Assembly: GCA_964016885.1 (NCBI GenBank) | Contig: OZ024741.1 | Span: forward strand, 385,578,001 to 385,642,000 | Length of the DNA: 64,000 nt | Reading direction: 5' to 3' | From: Eledone cirrhosa | Taxonomy: Eukaryota | Shown here: positions 14,957-28,200 of the stretch, piece by piece | Layout: each line of letters starts with the position of its first letter | Numbering within the stretch: the first letter of the stretch is position 1 | Translations under genes and position numbers: made by a program | Notes under the pieces: generated by a model | Database searches by the model: none | The model's input: only the letters and a program-made list of their open reading frames with translations | What the model was told of the DNA's origin: nothing

Positions 14957-17900
14957 TATTCTTTATCATTAACATTAATATAAAAGAAGATTATATTTAT
15001 TAGAGAAGGGCCTCAAATTTCATATAGCTTAGGGCCTCACCAGATGAAAGTCTGTTACTGCACATCTTGCAAACTTACGTTATGGTTTTGGTATGGTCTC
15101 TGCAGATGAATGACCTTCCTATTGCCAACCACTTTACAGAGTGTGCTGGGTACATTCCATCATAGCACTAACACTAGAGATATCGTTTAATGTTTTTTAA
15201 GCACCAGATTGATATACCAAATATCTTAGTTACGGACATAAATTAGTGAGCTCACTTTAACTTCTTCAGTGCCGTAGACGAGATAACTCATCCTAACATG
15301 TATGTATTCCAGTGCCACGGACGAGATAACTCATTTCCAACAATACATAACTGCATTTTACTGGGGAAAAAACCCAGCACAGCAACTGTAGTTGTGTACA
15401 ATAAATGCAGCAGTCAACAGGTTAACAGCCCTTTTGTAACCATATTTCTAATGAAAGAACTACCTAGGATTTTAGTAATATAACTAACTTTCTCATTATG
15501 AAACTTGTGTTTGGGGCATAACTTAAAGATACATAAAATTATCATGGAAGGTTTTTTTAGATAAAAATAAACACTTTAAAATGAACAGTTTTGTATTGCA
15601 GAATCAGGAGTGGTTTCAGTGGGACTGATGTCAAGAGTTAAACAAAGAGTTTTACCTACCACATTCAACAACACTTCGGAAACGTAAATCACAAACTGGT
15701 CCAATGCCATGAACTACAAACACAAGATGATCAATTTGCCCAGTTTCACCTAAAAGATGATGAAAGAAATAATTCAAACAGGAAATTCAATAAAAAGTAA
15801 AACAAAAAAAAAAACAATTTAACCTATATCATCATCATTTATCATCCGCTTTCCCTGCTAGCAAGGGTTGGACAGGTCTACATAGACCAGGTCAGTTCTG
15901 AAGCAAGGTTATTGACCTCCCAGACAAGCCGAGTGGTTTGCATCCTGCTTACGCATGGTCATACGTTCTATGAAGTGCAGAGAAGTTATGTCTTTTGACA
16001 AAAACAAAGGTTCTCCCAACCATTATGTGTGTCATCATCATCATCATTTTCCCTGCTTGCAAGGGTGGGACGTGTGTGTGTGTGTGTGAAATATGGAGCA
16101 TAATGAGCAAGATTGGTAGCTCCAGCCCATCTGGTCTAGGACTGTAGCAATCCATCCAACTCATACCAACATGGAAAGCAGATGCAAAATGATGATGATA
16201 AAAATATAAGTTCAAAAAGTGATAAAACAAAACATTGTTTAACTTCAGGCCAATAAAAATTGACCAATCAATAATTAAATTTCAAATCAACTGGAAATGT
16301 GAGACTGACCAGGTTTGAAAACAATCTGCCAAAAATTGTAATTTTGACAATAGGAAATAAATTATAAATGTAAAGTGAATTTAACAATTTTTGTGTAATA
16401 AATGACTGACAAATTTCAAAAAGCTGATACAATGTGGTAGAAATATATAAAGGACAAAAGATGACAAATATAACTAAACAAAGTAATATTTTACCCAATA
16501 TATTTCAGTTTCAAATGTGAAACAGAAATATCATGTTGAAATATACTGGGTAAATCATTACTTTGTTTTGTTTTATTTTATTTGTCATCATTTGCCCTTT
16601 ATATATTTCTATGACATTGTACTGGCTTTCTGAAACTTATCAGCCATTCATTACATATCTCACAATTTTTGTGTTTTTTGAATGGCTAAAATGACAATGT
16701 AATTGTTTCAGTTTCAACATGGTCTCAAATTAAGTCACTTGCCAAACAAATACAACTTTGTCATAAACTGTACTATAAGGTAATAAAAAAAAAGGTGAAC
16801 ATAACAGGTTTTTGTGTGTTTTTAAGTTGTTAAAGTGACTTTTCCATGATACAGTTCAATAAAATATAATATAAATATTTTTTTAATCTTTTCAAAATGT
16901 ATATTTATAAGTATCAAATGTCAGAGAGCAAGAGTATTGTTCACCATCAAAAACTGTAGCAAAGTCTTCAATTCCTCTTTTAACTACTCGAGGTCTCATT
17001 TGTTCTCCCTAAAAAAAATAAAAAAAAAAATAAAAAAAATAAAAAATCAGAAATAATACATTTGTCAAAAACATACAAGATTGTTTTTCAAACAATGTGA
17101 AAATGTGTATTTATATATGTAAATATCTTGTGCATGTGTAAATTAGTACATTTTAATGTATGTGAATATTTTGTGCATGTATAAATATAAGTATGTGAAT
17201 ATTTTGTGTAAGCATATGTGTATTTGAATGTATGTGGATATTTTGTGTATACATAAATGTGTATTTGAATGTATGTAAATATTTGGTGTATGTGTAAATT
17301 AGTGCATTTGAATGTATGTAAATATTTGGTGCATGTGTAAATATGTGTATTTGTATGTATGTGAATATTTTGGGTATACATAAATATGTGTATGTGAATG
17401 CATGTAAATATTTAATGTATGCATAAATATGTGTATTTATATCATCATCATCATTTAACGTCTATCTTCCACGCTAGCATGGGTTTAGGCAGGGTCCCAC
17501 TTGAGGCAAGATTGGTTGTCTTGCTCGTATAGGACTGTCTGGTAGGTTTTCTACGGCTGGATGTCCTTCCTAACACCAACCACGTTTACAGTGTGGACTG
17601 GGAGGTTTTTACCGTCTTACCTACATGGCCACATTACAGCGTGGACTGTGTGTTATTTTGTTGTGACACCTACACGACTTCATTTATTTAGGACTGGATG
17701 TTGTGGTACCAACATAACTTTACAGAGAAAGGGGTGGGGTAGATGGGGGTGAGGGTAGTGGGATGGGGTGTATTTTTGGTTAAGAGGTGCCTACTGACTG
17801 GAGGTTTCGATATGTGAATATTTTATCATCATCATCATCATTTCATTTTACGTCCGCTTTTTCCCTGCTTGCAAGGGTGGGACGGGAACTGATTCTGGCT

Positions 17901-20900
17901 TGATTTCTACAGCTGGATGCCCTTCCTAACACCAACCTCATTTACAGTGAGTGCTGGGTGCTTTTCTGCCGTGGCACCTCCACGACCACTTTGCAGTGGA
18001 ATGATATGGACTCCAGTCCCTATCATCTCATTTCTACAGCTGAGTAAACTGGAGCAATGTGAAATAAAGTGTCTTGCTCAAGGAAACAACACATCACCCG
18101 GTCTGAGAATTGAACTCACAACCTTTCGATTGCAAGGTCAATGCTCTAACCACTAAGCCATGTGCCTCCTTTATGTATGCATAAATATATGTGAATGGAT
18201 GTAAATTCTATAAGTCTGTCATTGATGTATGAATGAGATGCAACACATGCAGCCTTACATGTGTGTTTGTGTCGATTGTTTGTGTGTGTGTGTTGAGTAT
18301 TTGTGAATGTGTGTTGATTGATTGTGTGTCTGTATCATGTATGTTGTGAGTATGAGTAAGCAGACATTGGTAGTTTACATTTACAGAAAATATACTCCAA
18401 ATGTTGAGAAAACAAAAGAGAAGGGTAGTAATGTAAATTAGAGAAATAATAAACCTGTCTTGGAGAAAGAAATTAATGAGTGAAATTGTGAAACAACAAA
18501 TGCTGTTATCATTATGAGAATTATTATCTCTAATATGAGAACCATATGGGTAGCTGATATATTGCAGCAATAAGCTCTTAGTAATATGAGATCAAAATTT
18601 GATTTTCATCAGACTTCTTTACTTACATCAGTCCACCCTCATGAAAGGCATAAAATCATAATTTTTAAACGCCCCCCTCCCCTTTTAATAGCAAACTGCC
18701 TGAAACCATAACTGGTTCTACAATACAAAACTGCTTATTTTAAAATACTTATATCAACATAACTGTTTTAAAATATATCAACATAACTGTTTGTTTTAAA
18801 ATATTTATATCAATATAACTGTTTGTTTCAACATGTTTATACCAACATAACTGTTTTAAAATATTTATATCAACATAACTGCTTGTTTTAAAATATATCA
18901 ACATAACAGTTTGTCCTTAAATATTTATATCAATATAACTGTTTTAAAATGTTTATATCAACATAACTGTTTTAAAATATTTATATCAACATAACTGTTT
19001 GTCTTAAAATGTTTATATTTATCTATAAAACCTAACAGCTTTCCATCAATTTTATATAAAAACTTTAAGCTATGGACCAAAAACCAATTTAATGAGAAAG
19101 TTATATAACTAAATCCCTGTTAATCTATATTATAAGAACACTGTCGGTCCGTCTGTCACACTCACTAGAGAGAGGGAGCACCAAGCGAGAGATATGTACA
19201 TAGAGAAAAGGGAACACCATGCTGTTTTGATGTGACAGAAAGAGGTAGATAGACAGAAAGTTACGCTGTCACCCTCATCTATATAGAGAAAGGGGGAGTG
19301 CCAAGAGAGAGAAAAGGAACGTTGTTTGTTTAGAGAGAGTGTGTGTGACAGAAAGCAGAAGACGTCGCTCTCATCTAGTTCTTGATAAATCTCAGTGATT
19401 TGATAACTTTAGGTTATGTCTTTCATCAAAAATATAGGAATAAATGGGTTAAACAGCTTCATTTCCTACCTAGGTTATGTATAAGACAGTGGGGTTGCTG
19501 AAAACAGTAGAAAAAAGACAAAAATGTTTGTTTTGTTCAGAAATTTAGATAAATTTATATGCAATCAGAAAGATGATAATCTTCATCTATATGTATCATG
19601 CAAAACCCTATGTCAATGAGAGACAAGCTTTATATAGAGAATATATAGAGAGATAACTGAATGAAATGGTTAAAATATCAAGAGGTGAGTACCAGAGTGA
19701 CAAAGTGAAGAATGATAGGAAAAATTGTGATGAGTTAAACAGAGTAATTTCCAATGCAGTTATGAATAAAAGGTGCAAAGGGTATAGGAGTGTTGTAAGT
19801 ATATAAACAAATAAATATACAAACAACATACATCAACACAAATGAGTCAGTAAAAATTACATTGTTTTGGTAGGGGAGGAAGGACAATGTATAGATTTGA
19901 TTGTAATGTATGTCAGTATGAGAACATGGATATTGTTCTATAGGTTTATGAGAATATATATTTGAAGTATGTTTGAAAAGAATGAGTAAGGCAGGATGTT
20001 AACTGAGAAAAAGGTGTTAATAGGTCAATGGAATGGCGAGGAAATTGTTTTGTTTTTTAATCCAGTAGACAAAAGGGTGATATGTAGGTGTAAGACAGGG
20101 AATGTGTTAATATGCACATGCAGACATCAATATGAATGTTCACAAGAGTATGAAAAAAAATGATTACGAAAGATTATGAAAAAGAGAACTGAGAATTGTG
20201 TGATAAGCTTGTTGGAAAAGCCATGCCAAGTGTAAAATCATTTCTTCTTATATAAGGTTCTATGGTGTTCAGAAATTGCTGTTGGTCAATGTAGTGATTC
20301 AATGAACTGATGTGCCATGGTGAATACCACAGAGATATTTATGGAAGCAGCTCTCTAAACATTGTTTAATTTCCCCCAATATGCATATAATACATGTGAT
20401 ATATAGGTTGGTATTTCACTGGTTCAACTTCAATTTATATCAAGGGGGTAGAGTTTAGATTGCCTTTCATATGGGGAGGTCCATAAAATAAATATTAGAG
20501 ATATAATGAAGTCAATTATATTCCTTTTTATTACAAAATTGCCCTTGATCTCATTGCCTGTGAACTGTTGTTCTCAATTTACTTGTCACTCTTTAATTCT
20601 GCAATGGACTAGTGTCCTGTTCAGGGAGGAGTCTTGTACTCTAAGTCACTTCATACCATGGAAACTGAGATAAGCACTGGCCTGATGAGCCTCCAGGCTT
20701 GAGACAGACTTTAGACTTTTAAAACATATAGAACCAAACCAAATGAGTTGATTATTCTTCTAGGTTCACAAGGTGCAACAACACAAACTCATAGATGGAT
20801 GAAATGACGACATAAATACAAACAAAGTAAAGCAGATAATGTTTAATTATCTAAATAAGTAAATTTCAATAGGTAAATCTAATTGTTTAACTCTTACTGG

Positions 20901-23900
20901 CCCGTAACACATGAAACCACATTAACAGGACATTCTTGAAAAGTATAAAATAGCACTATGACTGTATCACATTAAAAATCAAAGTCTTTACTTTAATACT
21001 GAACATTTTCACAACAATCTGTCAGCTAATATAGATGCTATATACATTTGAATTAACAGACTCCATTTTTAGATATTTTCTGCTGAATCATTACAGGAGT
21101 TAAGAGAAGATAATAATTGTAATAGATAGAATGTGAAAATAATATGTTAAGTATTTGCTTTCCACCCACAGGAGTGAAACCGGTGAGTTGGAATGGCTAT
21201 GAATCAGTATTTTCTCTCATATTTCTACACAAACACACACCATATACATTCCCCAAGAGTCAAACCTCAATTATTAGACATGAGAACTGTCATGAGAATT
21301 TACATATAAAATTATAGTAATTTCAAGTAATCTATTACTCCTTCATTAAAATATTACTTGCAAACTTGTAAAGCATTTGCTGTTGATGTTATGGGTATTG
21401 TAAAATATTTCTACCAAATAGAATTCTAATAAAGAGATGAAAACTAAATTTTTTTTTTTTTTTTGTTAGTCTTTGTTGTTTGGAGGCTCACAATGTTAAT
21501 ATAATCCTTCTGTAGATATTTACAAAAGATATTCAGATAACCAAACACAAAAGATGAAGAGTGATACCAGTGATAAAGCATGCAGTGAGATGGAAAGAAC
21601 AAGGAGTTAGGCATGTACAGTGTGCAAGAAAGATGTTGAAGTGAACTCCATTAAATATATGGAGTGTGAGAGCATTATTAAATAAAGTGGCAGCTTTAAA
21701 ATGTAGTGGTGTAAGAGGAGTATTAAATAATATAGCAGCTACATTTAAGAGTATAGGAAGAGGTGGAAATGTTTTGTTACCTAGGAGACATATTGAGTGG
21801 GGAAGGGTGACTCAGCAAAAGTGGTTAGATTGAGCTACACATGGAGGAAGTTTTAAGAATTGAACGGCATGTAAGGAGGGGAATGTCACTGAAATTGAAG
21901 GGAAAGGTGTATACTGTATGTGTGAGAAATGCCATGATTTATGGGGGCAACATTTACGAGTGATAAATGTGAAGCAGCAGAATATCCCTGTTGTTAATGA
22001 TTAATACCAAAATAAAAACCTTTAATGGAAGCAGGAGTGCTGTGTTATGATATAAATGGTGTTAGCAATAAATATACTAACAAGCAGTATTTAGAAAGCA
22101 TTGATTGATACATTAAGATTATTTTTCCATGAATACCAAAATATTAAGATCTGAATATTTGATTCTAGTTAAAAATGCTACTTTAATTTAATTTTTTTTT
22201 AATGTAAAAAATGAAACAAATTTAAAAGCAAAAAAGAAGCAAAAAAGGAATTACTGTCAAAAACCAAATCAATTATTCTGAAAATTGAAGTATTTTAACA
22301 TTAACCCTATTGATACCAAAATACCTGAAACTACTTTTGGTTCTATGATACAAAGCTGTTTGTTTTAAAGTGTTTGTATTTAACTAAAACATTCCATCAT
22401 AATTTTATGGAAGAACCTTTGTTAAGTCATGTTTCAAACACCAGTTTAAGAATGATAAATTTAGTTATCATTATATGCAAAAAAACTCTTATTTTCGAGT
22501 TTAGTTGAAAATGATATGCAGTGTCTTTCATTAGAAATATAACAAAATGGTTAATGATTATACAAACTAGACTTTCTAAATACCCTTTTATAATGGTGCT
22601 TTGATATTAAGTGACAATTTTATGTTCTTAGAAAGTTTAGAAATGTCTCGATTTTAGGTCAGAGTAGAGAAGTACTAACTGAATAATGTGAAGGTATTTC
22701 AAAAATTTGATGGAGAAAATAAATATATGATTAACCTTAATGATTTTATTGAATTATATATGTAGAAACGATAGGTCTGGTCCAAATTCTCATTTTAAAG
22801 ATATCTGTATTGACAAATATTATTGTAATCTAAAATAATCCATGATTTCAGGGGATCATTTAGAGTTATGCTTATGTTAACAGTGTGTTCTATCAACATT
22901 ACCAGTAGCTTCATTATACTTATGAACTAAGAAAGATATTTTGTTTGTTTTGAATACAATATAGCTAAGTGAACTGTTTCTGAAAGTACTTTGATACGGC
23001 TTGGACCACAATAAATAGTTTCTGATTTAAGCAAAGGCCAACAATTTGGGGTAGAGGAAAATCAATTAAATCTGCCCCAGGGTACTTTATTTTGTCAACC
23101 CAGTATGGATGAAAGGCAAAGTTAATATGTGGGATTTGAACTGAGAATGTAAACTGATCTTGTAAATAATGAAATAATATTAATAGGGTTAATTTTGCTT
23201 GTTAAATTTGCAGACAGTAACTTTATGAGAAAGGTTAAAGAGAATTGAAAAGAGAAAGACTTTTTGGTATATGATAATGATTTATCATATATTTGATAAA
23301 AGTGGAATGAGGTGGACATGTGTTTTAAATGGAGATAGAAAAACTTGGCTTATATTGAGATGAATATAGCAGTGTAATCACAGTGAGACAAATTGTAGGG
23401 AGATCATTAGTAAAATGAAGACCAAACAATCTGGGATGTTTTCCTTTAATACAAAAGAAGATGCAAGTAACCATGATGTATGAAAAGGTAGCATCATTCC
23501 TTACAAAGTATCAATGGATCATCATCAGTGTTTAATGTCTGCTTTTCCTGCTAGCAAGGGTTGGACGGGTTTACATAGACCTAGTCAGTACTGATGCAGG
23601 GCTACTGATCTCCCAGACAGGCTGAGGGATCTGCATCCTACTTACATACTGTCATACATTCTATTGAGTGCAGAAGAGCAGTTGTCATGTCATTTGACAC
23701 AAACTGAAGGGTCCTGCCAACCCTTTGTTTGGCTGTCTCATTAATATTAGTTAAAATACAAGAGGTAGACATAACAGGTAATAGATGCAATCTTCAAGTT
23801 TGATATTTTTTTAGGGTAGGCTTAGTGGTGTGTTGGATCATAAAATGTCATGAGTTCAATTCCTGGACTGGATTGTGTGTTGTGTTCTTGAGCAAAACAC

Positions 23901-25187
23901 TTCATTTCACATAGCTTTAATATACTCAGTTGAAAATGAGTACTAACAATAACTGGGGGTTTAATCCTGCAATGGACTGGTGTCCTGTCCAGGAGGAAGT
24001 CTTGAACTCTCAGTCACTTAACACCATGGAAACCGGGATAAGCACCAGCCTAATGAGCCTCCGGGCTCGAGAGACATTACACTTCAGGTCAGTAATAGTG
24101 ATTTACCTCTTAACTTACCATTCTGTACCATATAAAACCATATTAACAAGACATTCTTGGAAAGTACAAAACAGCACTATGACTGCATCACATTAAATAT
24201 TAAAGTCTTTACTCTTATGCTGCAAATGTTCAGCAATCATCTGTCTACTAGTAAATATACTATAAACATTTGAATTAAACCCGATTTGCATCTCACTTAT
24301 GTACGGTTATATATTTGCATAATGGTTCTCATGTGTTTAAAAGAAAAAAGTGTTGTGTTGGTTGCTTATATTTTACTAATGACCAACTGTTTCATATTGT
24401 CACTGCAGTGCTACATCCATCTCAGTATATTCTAGGTAATTTCAGTCTCCATATAGAATTTCACACTGCTCACACATACACACTTCACATATGCACACAC
24501 ACACATACAGTCATTTCAATCTCCATTGAGAATTTCACATGCCACACACACATGCATGCACGCACATGCACACACACACACACACACACACACAGATATG
24601 CAATCATTTGAATCTACATTGAGACATTTCACACTGCAAACATACACACACACACACCTGCCTCATTTCACTATCTCAAATATGTAAGTTATAAGCTTCC
24701 AACAATTAAAAAAAAAAAACAATGGCAACATATAGTCTTACTTGTCATTTCAGAGAAGACATAATATATCTTTAATCAGGGAAGCCATCCCCAGGCTGGT
24801 AGGAATGATGGATGTGGTTAGTTTCATTAATTCATTTGAAGGAAATAACATTCCACGAAAGGTTCAAACTAGAAATTTCCAAAATCTAAGAAAGGATAAG
24901 TCTTATTCTTAAAATTAATTGAAAAAATAAGGACCTAACTTAAAGGGACTGTTGTCTTTAGGGTTGGTATCATGCTAAACTAAAGGAATAGGGAATTGCA
25001 AAAAGAAAAGCAAATAAAAAGTCTACACAGAATATTCACACAATTGAACAAACAGATGAAATACACTCACCGGAAGAGAGTAGACACTCTTGAAAGAAAC
25101 AAAATTAAAATTATGTTAGACTTACATCCTCTTATGAATAAAAAGTGATAAAATTACAGTTCTAACTATACACACACACATATATAT

Positions 25188-25228
<41 letters not shown>

Positions 25229-28200
25229 TATACATACACATATATGTCTATATCATCATCATCCTCATTTAATGTTTCTTCCTGTTATATATAACAAATT
25301 AAGATGACAGAAAGAAGTTCTTAAATCTATAGATACCTGTGTGTTTGTATGTATTTGATACAACAATATAGTTACTTCTTATTTGTGATATCATACACAG
25401 TAATTTTAGATTAAAATAATAACTATCTTTTCTGGAATAGTATATAGAACAGTATACACTTTAAAGTTTATAATTGGCAATAACACAAAATGCTATATAG
25501 CTTATTTTTCAAGCTTTATTATTTTAACAGTTAATGAAGTTAATTAAATGGTAAACAAAGTTTTGATCTGATCTACATAGTTAAATAATTTTAGTAAGTT
25601 CTTCAAAATTAATTGAAATGGAATATATTTCATTAGAAATATCATTATTATAATAATGGTTTCTGATTTAGGCACAATGCCAACTATTTTGGGGGAGGGG
25701 AAAATTGATTAAATCAACCCCAGTGTATCTGGTACTTTATTTTATCGACCCAGTAAAGATGAAAGGCAAGGATAACCACAACAGGATTTGAACTCAGAAC
25801 GTAAAGGGTTGTAACTATATGCCACAAAGTATCATCATTTAATGTGGCTACTGACTAGTTTCTAGTTTTATTCAATTTTTTCATATAACCCAAAGTGTAA
25901 AAAGTTAAAATTTAATTCACAACCATTTGATTACATGAATCTTGAAGGTAATACAACAAACATTTTAAAGCCATTTCACAGTTAAAGCAGTGTTAGTTTT
26001 GTGGGCACCATGGTAGACTTCGTCATGGGATTCTTTTTAAGGCAATGTTTTACAGCCTGATGCCCTTCCTGGCATTAACCCTTTTAGTGGCCTCTTACAA
26101 TAAGCACATATATATTGCACCTATTCTAAACCAGATACACACAAAAATTTGAAGACATAAGATTAAAATGAGGGAAACTCTTAGTAAATATAATTAGGAA
26201 TATATTCCTGACAAAGCAGACTTTGTAGAATTGTGATAGGCAAATGAGATAGATTTTATGTTATTGTCAATAGTTACTTTAGTAAAGAGAAATATAACAA
26301 TAGCAGTAACAGTTTTAACAGAAATATTCCAGGTTAAGTTTTATGATTAATTTTAAATAAAATTTCAATTTTATATGAAAATGTCTAGATTTTTTTAAAA
26401 ATGAAGACTTAGGAAAATGGTAATTTAAAACTAACAGAAATAATGTGTGAAAATACAAAAGCTTGATATTAGTTGCAAGAAAACGATAGAAAAATATTAA
26501 CAGAGTATAAAGCATAGCTGCAATGTAATGCAAATTATAAAAATTTCAAAAGGTGTATACACTTCACACAAGGAAAATATGTAAGCTATGAAATGATACA
26601 GAATTGACATGAATAATGAAGGTGATATTTACATAAAAAAATATTTGGTTTAAATCTGAAGTAGAATAAGTATGAAAGATGTTTACTTGAGAATGTATAT
26701 GATAAGCAAAATAAAATGCCATGCAAACACTACTAATAGTGAAATGAAGTGCAACTGAAGTCTCTCGGGTAAAAGAAAGAAAAGGATATAGAAACACTGT
26801 CAATAAACAAAATATATTCATGCAAAAAGAACATGTGTAAAAGAAGTCTTAAAGAATAAATAAAAAGACAAACAAACTGAAATGGGGAAAATATTTTCCT
26901 CTTCTTCAAATTAAATGTTGATAAAACATTTTAATATGATCCAACTAATAGAACAAATGGAATCGTTTCCAGGGAGATACAACTGCCTTAACTCTTAACT
27001 TGTACCAAATGAAACCACATTAAAGACTTCCTTGAAAAAAACAATACAGCACTGCAAATTTGCACATCAATCTGCTCACTAATAAAGAAACTTTAAACAT
27101 TTGAATTAACTACCTTGTCTTATATTTTCTACTAAATAAGAGATAATGCTGCAAATTTTCACAACAATCTGTCCAGTAGTAAAGAGACTATACACATTTA
27201 AATTAACAAACCACTTTTTAGATATTTTCTGCTAAATTATTACTGGATTCTAAGAGTTTAAAACATAACTATCAATATTTGGTCAATGGCATAGATAGAC
27301 AATAACTAAAATAAAAACAGGTCAATTTGTGTGGTCTTATTGTATTACCAAATTGGCAGAATCGTTAGAACATCAGATAGAATGCTTTGTAGTATTTGTT
27401 TCAGCTCTTTACTCTCTGAGTTCAAATCCTGCTGAGATCAACTTTGCTTTTCATCCATTCGAGGTTGATAAAAAAAATACCAGTCAAGTACTGGGGTCGA
27501 TTCTTCCTCTATATCTCTCACTTACATACTCTCACTCTCTATCCTTCTCTGGAAGAAATCTTCTGTATTCAGACCTGGAGAGGGGATGGGCTCCACCAGC
27601 TTTAAAAGATGCCCTTCTGAAATTCCCCTTGTAAACATTAAACATAACTAAGTTGAACTATCTAACATATACCACTCTCCAAAAGTTGATAGTGGTGGTG
27701 ATGATGGCTGTGTCCAGTAAAAGTGTCCTAAGAACAACCAATTGAGTAATATAGTGCAATTAATATGACTAAAAGACAAATACTTAGCTAAATTCATTGC
27801 CTTCGCAATTCAGATTAAAATTTTCACAAGCTCCAGTATAGCTGAGTCACCTATCTTACACTATATTACACTACTAATACTTGAAAGTAATGTTGTGCTA
27901 GATGTGACTCACTAGTTCTAGGTTTAATCTGCAGTTTTAATCAAATATTCCTTCATAGGGAAACTAAATAGGTTTACATTTATGATATTTACTCATTCTT
28001 AAGCCTTGTTATGATAAATTATCTGTAATCAGACCCTCAAAATTTCATTCAACACAAAAAAAAACCTACTCAAAACCTAACTCTCCACAAAATAACTTAT
28101 GATGATGATGATGAGACGAATTAAAAATAGAGTTTTATAGAAATTGAAAGTCTATTTGTATTAAATACCAGGAATATATTTAATAACATTTTTGGAGATT

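Noticed and set aside
20675-20715. CTGATGA-GCC/GGC hairpin resembling a hammerhead (relatives near 24050 and 1480)
   Set aside because: It is followed by GAGAC rather than GAAA, with no helix III or stem I; it is a SINE 3' tail.
24742-24885. Exon-like segment with ttag acceptor and GTAAGA donor in intron 5
   Set aside because: Stops in all three frames and no family similarity; it cannot be supported without RNA data.
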